Shown piece after piece: positions 23,747-36,620 of a stretch of DNA of 64,000 nucleotides. Location: assembly GCF_902459465.1 (NCBI RefSeq), contig NC_047070.1:13454001-13518000 (forward strand). The letters are read 5' to 3'. The position numbers were made by a program, and so were the translations under genes. Numbering within the stretch: the stretch's first letter is position 1; every line of letters begins with the position of its first letter. Below the pieces are notes generated by a model. The model did not search any database. It was given only the letters and a program-made list of their open reading frames with translations, and was not told where the DNA came from. This stretch comes from Asterias rubens. Its lineage: Eukaryota.

Positions 23747-24088
23747 CCTTGCTGGTGCTTTACGACCCAGTCCTTCAGTGATCACTTCATCATAGTACTG
23801 ATGTCGCTCCTCGCTTAGCAGGAATGCCTTTCTTACAACACCGGATAACATCTCATTCTGTACTAAGACATCTTCCTCACTCTCTGTGTCACTCTTACCA
23901 TCAGTCCCATCATCTCCAGCTAGAGACACCTTATCTGGAGTAAGTCTAGCCTGGGGGTTCCGTGAAGCCAGGTAGGTAAAATGGGAGCCAGTGAATGGGT
24001 AGGTACCACCAGAAGGAGATAAGGTGTGAGGGTAAGGAGAGTGGGACTGAGGAGAAGATGCTTGCTGAGGAGCACTCAAGACAGGAAA
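23747..24088 (-). CDS. Exon 3 of MUN-domain gene (5' acceptor uncertain: 24088 or 24064)
   Basis: cccttctttgtgctcAG ... GTaaga; 342 nt, phase 0 to 0, inside ORF 23681-24121; ...DGKSDTESEEDVLVQNEMLSGVVRKAFLLSEERHQYYDEVITEGLGRKAPAR. Confidence 0.75.
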
Positions 24089-24465
24089 CTGAGCACAAAG
24101 AAGGGCACGTCTGTACACCATAAACTCCTACAAACAGGCAAATTAGAATACAAATTAATACAAAAACTCCCCCCATTCATTCAGAAGGGATGTTATTTGA
24201 GGAGAAATGAGAAGTTGATACTAGAGGATAATCTAGTTTATCATGAAAATCTCAACAAACTTGGTTTATATCCTTTTAAGTTCTTCAGATTTTTATGAAA
24301 AACTAGATTATCCTCTAACATGTCTAAGATTAATCTTTCAACAACACAAATGTTCACGTATGACACGACATCACTGTTGTTGAAAGTCATCTAAAAATAT
24401 TCCTCCAACAATAATCAGTTCAAGGATTGATTTCCACTTGGTTGTGACTGAACATGGTATTCGAA

Positions 24466-24906
24466 GTGCCTCGATAGTCTAGTTGGTAAGACACTGCTCT
24501 AGAATTGCAAGGGTGTTGGGTGCGAATCCCACCAGAGTAATATGCCTGTGATTTTTTTTCACAGGACTCGGAAAAGTACTGAGTATCAGTGCTTACAAAC
24601 ATTGGTGTATGGGTAAAAACCAAAATTAATATTCTTTATCCACAAAGCAAATTTAACAATTTTGTATATTGTTGCGGTACCCGCTCCCAAAACAAAGGAT
24701 TCAAACTGCCTCTAGCTACACGTACAGGGCAACCTCAGCAGTCTAGTTGGTTAGACACTGCTCTAGAATTGCAATTGAGTCGTGGGTTTGAATCCCACCC
24801 GAATAACATGCCTGTGATATTTTTTCACAGGACTCGGGAAAGTTGAGTTTACAGTGCTAACACACATCGGTGTACGGGTAAAAACCAAAATTAATATTCT
24901 TTATCC
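24466..24906 (+). mobile_element. Two tandem tRNA-derived SINE copies (family S)
   Basis: Heads tagtctagttggt(a/t)agacactgctctagaattgca...gaatcccac at ~24470 and ~24735; third copy at 50810-50960. Confidence 0.8.
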
Positions 24907-24941
24907 ATGGTGCAAATTTGTGACTAATTTAACAAAGTTAC

Positions 24942-25116
24942 CTTTTGTGGCAGTGTTGTACGTGTACTGAGATCCATCCCATCCGAGCTAATAGGACTGG
25001 TCATCCCCAAGTCCTCTACACCAGAATCTTGACCATCTGTATGTACCACTGGTAGCCTCTGGTCTACTGAAGGGGTGTGGCTTGGTCCAACAGAGCTGGT
25101 ACGACATTTCCGAAAT
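24942..25116 (-). CDS. Exon 2 of MUN-domain gene (low complexity, S/T/D-rich)
   Basis: gtttgtattcaAG ... GTaact; 175 nt, phase 2 to 0; FRKCRTSSVGPSHTPSVDQRLPVVHTDGQDSGVEDLGMTSPISSDGMDLSTRTTLPQK. Confidence 0.75.
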
Positions 25117-25373
25117 CTTGAATACAAACACACAAGATGAAGAGAGCATTAATATTACAGTCCTGGTGCAGAGTAGTCTCGCCTGACCTTTTTCATCTCT
25201 GTAAAGTTCCCTTTAAATAAGCGAGTAGCAACTGAAAAGTAGGCAAGGCCAGTATTTCCAGTCAAGCTTTGATACAGTGTCAGTGGCTTGAATGGTCGGA
25301 AACTATACCCCAACAGTATCACCTTCAGGATCAATCAGGAAAAAGCCTACGTATCTTACAACACTGGACATAC

Positions 25374-25480
25374 AACATGTACAAAGTTCTGCTGGCCTGG
25401 TTGATCATGATTGTATGACCCTGACCACAGCAGCCTACTTTCCCTACAAAACACTCTGCTTGTTCTTCCTCCATCATCAT
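25374..25480 (-). CDS. Candidate proximal first coding exon of MUN-domain gene
   Basis: ATGATGATG start, MMMEEEQAECFVGKVGCCGQGHTIMINQASRTLYM, strong GTatgt donor in phase 2 matching exon 2; start codon not verified. Confidence 0.5.
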
Positions 25481-26045
25481 CGTCGATAGAGCAATGAACT
25501 CGGGCAATGACAGGGCTTGTGGATTACCTCACTGCATCAACTTCTTGGCAAGACATTGCATGTGTACATGTATACTAATCTGTTAATGTATCTGAGATCA
25601 ATCACATCAGCTAACATTTACCTCACTCACAGTCTCGGTTTCGGAATCAAAATAAAATATGTTGTACACATTCAATGAGACTAGGTGTTGATGAATGTTC
25701 GTCTGAAAGTTTATTTATGTCAATTGAACTTCCCGGAAATTGCACAATAAACTTGGCTGGGTAGTCACATATGCATGCATGTTTTGTCAATTGTACATGT
25801 TGTGCTTTCAAACGAAGTTGAACTATAGCTGACCTTAAATGTATTCCAAATGTGTTTGTTTGTGTGTTTGTTTGCTGTGGGTCTTGTCAGATTAAAGGTG
25901 CCCTTCACAACAGCAATTAAAATATGCCAGCTAATCAAGTTACAGTGTACAATGTATGTCTTAAAAGTTTGCCACCTAATTGTAATGGTGTCTTGACAGC
26001 TACATGTGCATGTAGTTACCCACCTGGCCAACACCACACTAATCC

Positions 26046-26443
26046 TTAAAGGCAGTGGAAACTATTGGTAATTTTTTTTTTCAAAGACTAGCCTTCACAG
26101 TTGGTGTATCTCAACATATGCATAAAATAACAAACCTGTGAAAGTTTGAGCTCAATAGGTCATCGAAGTTGCGACATATTAATTGATGCAAGAAAAAAAC
26201 AACCTTGTCACACAAAATTGTGTGCGTTTAGATGGTTGATTTCGAGACCTCAATTTCTAAATCTGAGGTCCAGAAATCAAATTCGTGGAAAATTACTTTT
26301 TTCTTGAAAACTATGGCACTTCAGAGGGAGGCTTTTTTCACAATGTTTTATACCATCAACCTCTCCCCAATACTCGTCACCAAGAAAGGTTTTATGATAA
26401 TAATTATTTTGAGTAATTACCAATTAGTGTCTACTGCCTTTAA
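26046..26443 (+). mobile_element. MITE family A
   Basis: Full copy with TTAA flanks. Confidence 0.9.
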
Positions 26444-26991
26444 GTTTTAGAGACCTGTTGTACTTGAATGTGTAAAGGAAATATGGAAGTTGTAACTGTA
26501 CCCTAAGTAGGCGCCTACTGTATCTGTGATGGGTATAGCAAAATTGACATAAAAATGAAGATTGAGTAGTTATGGACCTTAGGTTTCTTTTAACTTTCTG
26601 AAAGGGCATGCTATTTCTATGAAGTCATATAAAATAACTTTGTATAAAATATGTTTCTACTCATACATCAGACACAGCAGCTGCTCAACTCAACAAACAA
26701 CTGCTCACAATGTAGCTGATAGATTTGAGGGAACCTAAAGTTGCCCTTTTGATCTTAATTGTTTACATTGAACCTTCACCATAATTTTCAACGTCTGCCT
26801 GCTTTTATGATACCATAATTGATGAGATTTATTAAACCTTAAAAGGTAATGTTGGTTTAGAATATCTGATCCTCGTGGGGCAGTAACAAGGGGGTTGTCA
26901 AACTTTCCTTTTCCTGTAAAACTTTGGGACTTTCCAACCAAGCGTTCGTATTGCGCAAAACATCGTAATCAAGGGGAAAACCACAAAATTC

Positions 26992-27135
26992 TTAAAGTCA
27001 CCTGGAAGTGGTATTTTGTCAAAATAAAGCCTTTGTCACTAAAATATGTGTTTTGATGAGTGAAATATGAATAAACAATTAACTAAGGTTAAAAAAATTG
27101 TTTCCATGTTATTTACAAATTTGAAAATAAGCCCA
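26992..27135 (+). mobile_element. Left end of MITE family C
   Basis: ttaa-AGTCACCTGGAAGTGGTATTTT matches the 52834 copy. Confidence 0.8.
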
Positions 27136-28856
27136 ACTGCCAACACAAGATATTGACGCTTGGCGCAAGCTAAAAACATGCCCTCAAAGTTAAAACAATA
27201 CCTAATTTATTTCACGTTATGCAAATGCTCCTTTAGGTTCGTTACGTCTTTCATGTACCTTCTTCGATTTCCCCACTAGCTGGAAAAATTGTTGGGATGG
27301 CGTCACCAAAATCACTTTTCTTTTTATGTCAAAATGTGTAGTGTATTCCGGATTCTCGAAGCACGACGACTCAAAGTGTTTGCTGCACAGCGCTGGAAAA
27401 TACTTTGGACCGGACCACTTTGCAAACTGACCCCATCTTTAGTTGTTTTGCTGTCATGGCCCTTTCTTGAGGGTTTATCAATGTGTTAGCAATACTGCCG
27501 GTAACGTTATTACAACATGTACAATGTGCAATCTTACCCAATATTCTTCACGAAATAATCCTGGACGTCATTGGAAACATGGAAACTGCTCCTGAAAAAC
27601 AAAAAATGCATCATTACTCACAATTGCACCATCGAGCTCAAGATACCGTTTGAATATAAGCTGATCTAAATATTTCCCCAAAATGTGAGCCCTGTTGTGT
27701 ACACATGCTGCATGCATTTTATAAGAAAGTGGCCCATGTTGGTGTTCATAGCAAGTTTCAGTACCTAATATGAAATGATTTTACAGTACGTAATACACTT
27801 ATGTATGAGTATCAACGAAATATCCCCATTTTATCATAATTGCTATTTTGTGTTTTCACAGAGTGACCTTTCCTCATAGGCCATTTTACCTTTTATGATA
27901 AATCAACTTATGTGTATAGGGTTATGGTTTCAAACTCACCTGTAGTGTTTTTACCAGGTGACCTACATGTACCTAAGAATGTATGTCTCAACACCCATGT
28001 GGTTTTTTCCATAACAGTCTGCAGGCAAAACCTGTTTTTGTTTTTCATTTTCAGGAAGTGATGTGTTTCATGAATCAACATAAAAACAACTGTAAGAATG
28101 AAAACGTATTGATAGTTCTTTAAAAACGAGGAAGTCAACACTAATGTTGTCTTTAATAACAAATACATGTAGTAAGCACAAAAAACAAACAAAAACCTTT
28201 GAATTTTTGTTGCAAATAGACTTTTTGCCTATGGATACAGGGATACATGTCACCTTGTGGCACCAGCAACAAAAAATATCTTAAATAAAACTGACTATAT
28301 TTGATCTGAAAAGGATAATAATCTAAAAGAAAACTGATTAGATTTGATCTGTAATTTGTACTACAAAATTAAAAGATTAAGGTAAAAATATCAGTAAAAA
28401 CCTACTCCCAACTCTTAATACACTTGATAATTTTCTCTTATAAAAAAACATAAAAAAGAGAATACAACAAAAATAAAAAGAGAAAGCAAGTGCATGAAAA
28501 TGGACAGCCAATGACAACAAAACAAAAAGTAAGGATCTATTTGTATGCGAGTGAGGGGATAGCACTTTTACCATTGAAATTAGGTTCTTAAAATTGTTGT
28601 TGTACATAATTGTGTGTGTCTGAGTGACATGGAATGTGTTTTGGTATTTATTTGAAGCCAATTACTAAAGCAATTACTAAAAAGAGCATCATCATTGTTA
28701 TGATATTCAGTACCTACAAATACTTTGCAAGCTTGTTTTTGAATGGATTCAAAAGATCAAGATGTTGTGCATGTCTCACAGGAGCAGGGTATTGAAAGAT
28801 GGGTGGTCAGTGAGAGGTCCTCACCAGATCACCTATTACTTTTGTTAAAATGACTC

Positions 28857-28975
28857 AGGCCGGTTTATAGTCGGTCGCGCAGTGTTAGACTGAGGCCTAA
28901 AAACCGTGTCTTTTTTTTATCACAAGTCTAGATTTCCGACGCCCGACCATCGCGCGACCGACTATAACTCGGCCT
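28857..28975. mobile_element. 119-bp MITE, possibly PIF/Harbinger-like
   Basis: TIR aggccggtttatagtcggtcgcgc / gcgcgaccgactataactcggcct. Confidence 0.75.
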
Positions 28976-29331
28976 TAAAGCCATTGGACCCTTTCGGTAC
29001 AGACAAAATAAATAAAAGTTCACAGATTTACAAATAATTTACAGGGTGTACAGAAGGTTATGGTGAAAGACTTCTCTTGGAATATTATTCCATGAAATGC
29101 TTTACTTTTTGAGAAAACATCAAAACAATAATTACGGATTTATTATAAACACCATGGCATGACACGGCGAAACGTGCGGAAACAAGGGTGGGTTTTCCCG
29201 TTATTTTCTCCCGACTCCGATGACCGACTGAGCCTAAATTTCCACAGGTTTGTTATTTTATATAGAAGTTGTGATACATGAAGTGTGGGCCTTGGACAAT
29301 ACTGTTGACCGAAAGTGTCCAATGGCTTTTA
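28975..29331 (+). mobile_element. MITE family B
   Basis: Full copy abutting the preceding MITE. Confidence 0.85.
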
Positions 29332-29359
29332 GGGTGCACCTCTTTACTAAATGCGCACT

Positions 29360-29750
29360 TAATAATAATAATAATAATAATAATAATGCATTTATAATGC
29401 GCCATCTATCTAGTGTACAAGACCCTATTCCGAGGAGCAGAACAAAAAAACAATACATACAACAAAAAAGAAATGTAGAACATAATACAAAATTATACAA
29501 TGAATAATCTACTGTCAAGACATGTAACGAGCTAAGTGTAAGAGGATTTAAATAAATGAGTTTTAAGCAAGTTTTTAAACAATGGAAGAGAACTACAGCG
29601 CCTGATGTTATTAGGTAAAGCGTTCCAAAGTTTAGGAGCACAAGCGGAAAAGGAACGATCGCCATATGATGAGGAAGTTCTAGGAATAGTTCAAAGGGAC
29701 TTAGCAGAAGAACGAAGAGTGCGAGAGGGGGCATAAGGTACAAGGAGATT
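29360..29750 (-). mobile_element. L2-clade LINE 3' end (ORF2 C-terminus with a stop codon, plus (TTA)n tail)
   Basis: Minus frame YAPSRTLRSSAKSL*TIPRTSSSYGDRSFSACAPKLWNALPNNIRRCSSLPLFKNLLKTHLF is the typical L2/CR1 C-terminal motif. Confidence 0.88.
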
Positions 29751-30638
29751 TAACTTGTACACTACAAGCTTACAAAAAATGGTACATAATTCTGCTAACT
29801 TCTGCAGCACCATTACAAACAACGATTAAATGCTGCGCAATAAGCAATAAGCATAACTTCTGCAATAATATGAATTATTCCTACCTTTTTTGTTAAGTCA
29901 TCCTGCCCTAGTGTTCATAATAAAATAAATACTCTCTGTACACCATGTTCAATTTTAGCCAGTTATCTGCTTAAATACTGCCTTGTCAGTGAAAGATGTC
30001 ACTTTACATACTGGATAATCAATATGAGTCCATGATAGACTACATGGTGTTAATGCAACACTAGTTCTTGGCCATACTACATGTATAGTGGGCCATAGAG
30101 TTGAACCACTAAACCTATGGATCAATGACTTTCCATTTCAGAGGCTTGTCACAAGTTTTCATAGAAAAGGTCATTGATTTCCGGTTTTTTATTTACTAGA
30201 AAGTCCTGCTAAGTTATTCAGTAGTGTAAACAGAGTATGTATTGGTATCGGGCCAGTTGATGATTTGTTTTGGCGAGGTTAAACTTAAGAATGTTTAAGC
30301 CATTTAATCCCCTTCAAGAGGAATCAAGAAGAACAACCATGTTTACAAATCTACTTAGACCTTAGTGCAGGCTTGCATAAATGTAGCAACGATGACAACA
30401 ATGAAGAGAAAAACAACAACAACCCAACACCACAAAACACTTACAGGTATAATCCATTTTGAAATGCTGTTAGACCTAAAAACTTAAACTGATAATATTA
30501 ACTTAGATCAACACAAGCAGCAACATCTGTCTCAGCTTTCCCTTTTTGAAACTGCTACATTATTTATTTTACACATAGGAACAATGAACTGTAAACCAAG
30601 AGACTGTAATGAGCATGTTTTAATGCACACTTTCCAGC

Positions 30639-30998
30639 AGCTACAATGCCAGACACTCGCTTAGCTACAATGCCAGACACTCGCTTAGCTACAATGCCAG
30701 ACACTCGCTTAGCTACAATGCCAGACACTCGCTTAGCTACAATGCCAGACACTCGCTTAGCTACAATGCCAGACACTCGCTTAGCTACAATGCCAGACAC
30801 TCGCTTAGCTACAATGCCAGACACTCGCTTAGCTACAATGCCAGACACTCGCTTAGCTACAATGCCAGACACTCGCTTAGCTACAATGCCAGACACTCGC
30901 TTAGCTACAATGCCAGACACTCGCTTAGCTACAATGCCAGACACTCGCTTAGCTACAATGCCAGACACTCGCTTAGCTACAATGCCAGACACTCGCTT
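30639..30998. repeat. Perfect 24-bp minisatellite, 15 units
   Basis: agctacaatgccagacactcgctt x15 without mismatch. Confidence 0.98.
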
Positions 30999-31029
30999 GC
31001 CTTTTCACTGGTTCTGTTCATTCATTATT

Positions 31030-31150
31030 AAGGGAATAAAAGCGTAAGCGACAAGTTCTTAAGCTGCCGTTTAAAACCGGCAGGGTCCCTTGTCCACAAC
31101 CAGGTTTAAACGGTCTTTTAAGAATGAGTCACTACTATTTAATCCCCATT
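31030..31150. mobile_element. Family F palindromic repeat, centre deleted
   Basis: gttcttaagctgccgtttaaaaccggcaggg...ggtttaaacggtctttaagaa matches 4503-4605. Confidence 0.7.
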
Positions 31151-33659
31151 CAAAAATGCCCTTTCGTGAAAAAGTGAGAAAGTGTCACAATTTAGACAAT
31201 CTGTGACAAAAAACTTTAGCGAAATTTCAAAACTTTCAAAAACTTTTATAAAAAAGTTTTGAGCACGTTGGTTTGTGTATTCGCAGGTGTACAAACTAGA
31301 TCACCCCTGGTACTCAAAGCTATGAACTACGTTCCGCATGTAAATTGGCATACATGATCGTGCGCTCCAAACAAGCAAAGCCAGCCAGTCTGACACAGCT
31401 ATATGTATGTCTTTATCATCCATTAAAACTCCCCCCATGTGACGCCCTCTCCACTTATAGGAATAGCGAAAATATCTGGGGTATTTATGAATACAGATTT
31501 AAACAACATAGCCAAATGTCTGCCAGGCTTCTTCCAATGCATCTAGGCTACCAATCAAAGCAGTTAGGTGAAAAACTGCTGAAATTCAAATTTAAGTCTT
31601 TTTCTTTTACAGTTCTAAAATGTTTTGTTTGTACAACCAAATATGCCATTTCGTTTTCATTATTTTCTCTGTTTGCGGTGACGGTATATGGGGGCAGAGC
31701 AGAAGACAGTCTATGATCTGAAACTGATTGTATCCCTTGCTCTGTTCAGTTTGGGCTGACATACAAAACAGGGACAGCAGTCACACTTATTGTCATTCCA
31801 GAGAATCCGAGTTCTTTTTGTCAAAATGAAAATCTGATATTGGTAATTATCTCGAGCAAAATCTGTTTTTGCTTTGAAATAAATTTATCAGTTAGTAACC
31901 TTTGGTCCTGTCATGAGACCAAGGCCAGCTGCGCAGTGTTGATCAGACCACATTGATAAAGATATTGTATGGGCTTTAATCTTCCACTACTGTGTGTTTT
32001 AACTACTAAATGTACAAGTATTAGAATATTATTGGAATTGGAGTTTGAACAACTTTATTGCATTTGTTTCAGGTCTCTTTTTATGAGTAACCTTTATTAA
32101 TTTTGCAGTTGGGGGGGGGAAGGGGTTTCAAAGTAATTTTTGCAATTAGGGGTGGGGTGGTGTACTTCATTTTTGAAGAAGGTGATACTTATAAGTAATT
32201 CACATTAAAAAATAAAAAAAAAACATTTATAGCATTGAAATTCTAACGCCACTTTTTTAAGAAAATGGTTTTCCCTTTGTTTGTTTCAAATTGTTTTTTT
32301 AGTCGATTGACAGACAGGATATTTCCCGTAGGTTAAAGTAAATCTGAGACAGCATACACATCTTTTAAACAGAAAATAATTAATTTTCTTTACAGAAATA
32401 CTGTTTATACAATAAAATCATTAAATTACTGTCAAAGCAATTCGATTGCAAAATATAATTTACCAATGTAATGTCATAGCAAACCATAAAAATGTACACC
32501 ATTAATTTGACCACCCTTAGATAACAATGGCCTTCAAAGCAGTAGTGGCTGGTCATTCAAACACGCAGTGGATTTATAAGTGCATGATACGCATTTTATG
32601 AATAGACAAATAATTACAAAACTTTGACAGTCCTTGCTTTACTTTCATAGTACAAAACCAGTAAGGACATGTATCAAGGAAAAACAAACCAAACAATAGG
32701 AGAACATAGGGTTACCTCGATTTACGTAATGTAAAAATTTGTGGGCACATTTTGTTGCCGCCATACTTTTTTTTAACCGCATGCGAATACGCAAGAGTCA
32801 AATGAGATTTCTTTCAACATGAGCGTTGGATGGTGATAACATTTTATTCACATGATCGAATAATGAATACAATTTTAAATAAGTTGAGATATTTCTCAAA
32901 TTATTCAAAATTCGAATTCAAATTATCAAAATACGGTTCATCCTTAAAATTGTATAATAATGTACTAAAAAAGTTGTAAAACGTTGTACATGTAGGCACA
33001 GACGTAGCTCTATGATGTAGGCAAGATTTAAAAGAAAACATACCTTCACTGAAGCGATGGAACAATTGTTTTAAAAACAACCAACAAACAAACAATTGGA
33101 TGCATTCCCAGAGACAAATAACTGCTCCTAACCACAATGGACGAAACTGGAATTCAATTGACTCAACTCTTTACATGATTACAGACTGCCTCAGATTTAA
33201 TTAAGACATCATGCCTGCATAATGCATCGTAGGTTTCTTAGTATTAGATTAGGTAGTGAAAGCACTATTAACCAAGCTTGAAAGCATGGTCACGTCTTTG
33301 CTAGTCTTATGTCAAGCCGTTCTACACATACAATGCAGATTTTAATTGAATATTTCAAAGATAAATCCTGACAAAAGTTTTGCGATAGCTTTGAAATAAA
33401 GACTCAGAATCTTCAACAGTGAGCAGCCCATCAATGGTCATCCATGTGAAGGGTAGAAGTTAAGTTTCCAAACCAAATCCAAATAGGGATTTGAACCCTG
33501 ATCCATGAGACAAAATCAAAGTTCCCGGATTACAAACCTGGATCATCTTACTAAATTCAGCATGTAAGCACAACATAATCACGCTGTTGTTACCAACATA
33601 GTTAAGAGCCAAAATGCTTTACCACATGCACCATATCTGACTGGTATCCTGCAAATGTT

Positions 33660-33949
33660 TGATATGCACAAAACATATGTGGAAGGCCACTTCAAGGTGT
33701 GGGCTACAATTATTTTTTTCCAGAGGCCGTTGCCACCTACTCCTAGGGCTGAAACAGGGTTACCCCCTTTACAGTCCATACGGATGTAGGCTTGGGTATC
33801 ATCAGTCCGAAGCCTGGCCGGTAGAGCTTAAAGCACTACCTCCCCAATATTACGTAGCAAGTTTCACGACCGGGATTCGAACCCACACTCTGCTGATCAA
33901 ACACCAGAGCTTGAATTCGGTGCTCTTAACCGCTTGGCCATGACACGCC
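33660..33949 (-). mobile_element. tRNA-headed SINE
   Basis: Minus strand ggcgtgtcatggccaagcggttaagagc...gtgggttcgaatcccggtcgtga (A and B boxes). Confidence 0.75.
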
Positions 33950-34987
33950 ATAATGGGGGGGGGGGGGGGAATGTTAACATTCTAAAGGTGCCTAGGACAC
34001 AGCATTTTTGTCATCCATCTTATAATAGACTTTGAACCCATATCATCAGTCTTAGCATTAATTTGAAAGGCCCACAAAGCATTACTTTTAAAACCTTTTA
34101 AACACTAGAAATCCTAGAAGTTGTTTGTGAGGCTTTCCCAACATCTTCAATTGATTTCATAAACCTGTCTTGTAAAAAGCCTAGCTTGATGGATACCGTT
34201 TCCATGTAGGGCTGTAGGCTGTAGGGTGGGATTGAAAAACTGGTGAGATGCAGCCAGGCATTCTAATATGCATGACTGGTTTATTTTTAATTATAAAAGC
34301 TTCTTCCCAGTGCAACTACAGAGGTTGTCCCTGCCTTATTACAGGTGATTTGCAATACAGTTTGCTCTCTATCGTTGCTCAGAAGCAGAAAAGAAGCCAT
34401 TTTTGCTGTCCATTCTTAATGGGTTTTTTGGCTCCATATACTTCAATGACTGATTTTTACATAAAATCCATATTTTAAACATGCAAAGTTTAAATAAGCT
34501 CCTGCCAATAACACAATGACACTTGACAGAAGGTGACCAACAACTTACCATCAAAATTATTCGAACGCAGAATTAACTGTTTTCAATTTTCAATGGTATG
34601 AAACCGAATTAACCGAATTAACTGAACAATTGAGGAAGGTGGGTGTTTGTAATAGTTCATAACTATTCATACTAGGAAATTGTTTGTGCTTGATTAAAAT
34701 ACAAGAGATTGTTCCCTAAACTGCCTTGTAGCATGGAGGAATTCCTCCATGCTTGTAGTTACCCAAATCCAAAAGCAAATAAAATGTGACATTGTAATAA
34801 TGTGTTTTTATTAATGTTAGGCATAATGAGGTTTTTCATATTTATGAATCAGTAAATTGTGTACCCTCAAAAATCATGAAACTAATGTAAATTTGTAGTA
34901 CTTGGGATAATAAATCAACTACATGTACAGTAGTATGAAACCAAACTGTGGTATTTAGTTTTTTATAAAAGTGGTGTATGTCTGACC

Positions 34988-35330
34988 CATAGAGGACATA
35001 AGAACTATAGGGGGCGCACTGGTGATGCTTCTTGCACAAACGATAGAGGACATAAGAACTAGGGGGCGCACTGGTGATGCTTCTTGCACAAACGATAGAG
35101 GACATAAGAACTAGGGGGCGCACTGGTGATGCTTCTTGCACAAACGATAGAGGACATAAGAACTATAGGGGGCGCACTGGTGATGCTTCTTGCACAAACG
35201 CGATGGGACCGCAAGGACACATGCCTGCGCCATTCTGTACGCGCGTTGAATATGAAGCACCTGTTGGAGTTTGTGTTTATTGAATGCTACGCGATGCCGT
35301 TTTGTCAACTTAAAAAATGGCAGCACAAAC
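34988..35330 (+). repeat. Family J MITE fragment with its left end amplified four times (52-54 bp)
   Basis: atagaggacataagaacta(ta)gggggcgcactggtgatgcttcttgcacaaacg x4, then a body matching 23425-23580. Confidence 0.88.
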
Positions 35331-36620
35331 ACCACAAACTCACAGACTTTTGTACAGGCTTGTAAAAAATCTTAGTACAAAAACAAAACATAAGGACAAC
35401 CAACTGCAATGTGTTTTGTACTTGTTCTATGTAACCACTGCATAGTACACACACCACAGTAAACTTGTACTGTGGTTGAACAGTTTGAAATGTACAGTAC
35501 AAACATGACAAAAGCTGTGAAACATGGGAAACAGTTAAATGTAAATGTTTATGTACATAGTCTTTGTGTACCAGATTTATAAGCAATAACAAAAAGCACA
35601 CCTACCTGCTATGAATGATGGTGAAGTGTTTTTCGAAAACACACCCACAGAAACAAAGTTAACAATCTATCCAGCACACACCATCACTTACCATTACAAT
35701 CTTTACTATAGGCCTGTAGAACCACCATGCAGACAACTCACAGAGAGAGATTTAATATGGTGTCTCCCAAGACCTCTTCATCTCAAGAATCAAGTCCCAC
35801 TTAAAACCTATGCATCAGTGCATACATTTCAGCAGCTGTATTTTACACTACCAGACTACAGGCTAAACTCACTGAGCAACCTACAGGGTCCCCTTCAGTA
35901 CTGCTCCAATGAAAGTGAAAAGGAAGCTTTTGTAAAGCCAGCTTCCACCACCCCCTAATCTCAAGGTCTGTTAAAGAATGCACTATGAAGCACAAAACCT
36001 TTTGTATTGACAGCTCTTACATCTCAATGACAATACACATTATACAGATTGCTTGTGGAGTGTATTTATACCCAAAATTACACACACCTTTTTTTTTTTT
36101 TACATCATCTGTCTGGCTGTGGTTTCCCTTTTCTTTGTGAGATTTTATAAATGTTTTATCCAAGGGTCACAGTAAACTTGGCGTGTCTGTAGTTAGCACT
36201 GAATTGACTGCTGATGGAATTTGTTTTCAACTAACGAAACCATAAATTTAAAGGTAATGTTTGATACAAATATTAAAGCTTTCCAATCCAATGAACACAT
36301 TGTGAATCTATGTTTCCTCTTTGTCAAATAAAACAGCCAGTATATGGAACAATTTTTTTTCACATTTTCAGATTTCAATGGGTGAAATACACTACATCTA
36401 TAAAGGGCTTGAAAAACCACTGGGGCCAATTGTATGGAGCTGCTTTTAAAGCAAAAGACACTTTGTTAAAAAATGTTCTGCTCGGTAGATATTTAAAAAT
36501 GGTGTGACATTTAGCTGGTTAACCTTAAACTGATTATAATAATTTTAATAATTTGGGGGGCTAATCATCTTTACTCGCAGCTAAGAGCTGAATTGCGAAG
36601 GACGCAGCTACAACGTGTTC

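Noticed and set aside
29258-29743. 161-aa hydrophobic ORF in the track
   Set aside because: A shadow frame of the L2 remnant plus its (TTA)n tail.
35611-35958. 115-aa plus-strand ORF
   Set aside because: No recognisable motif, splice context or partner exons.
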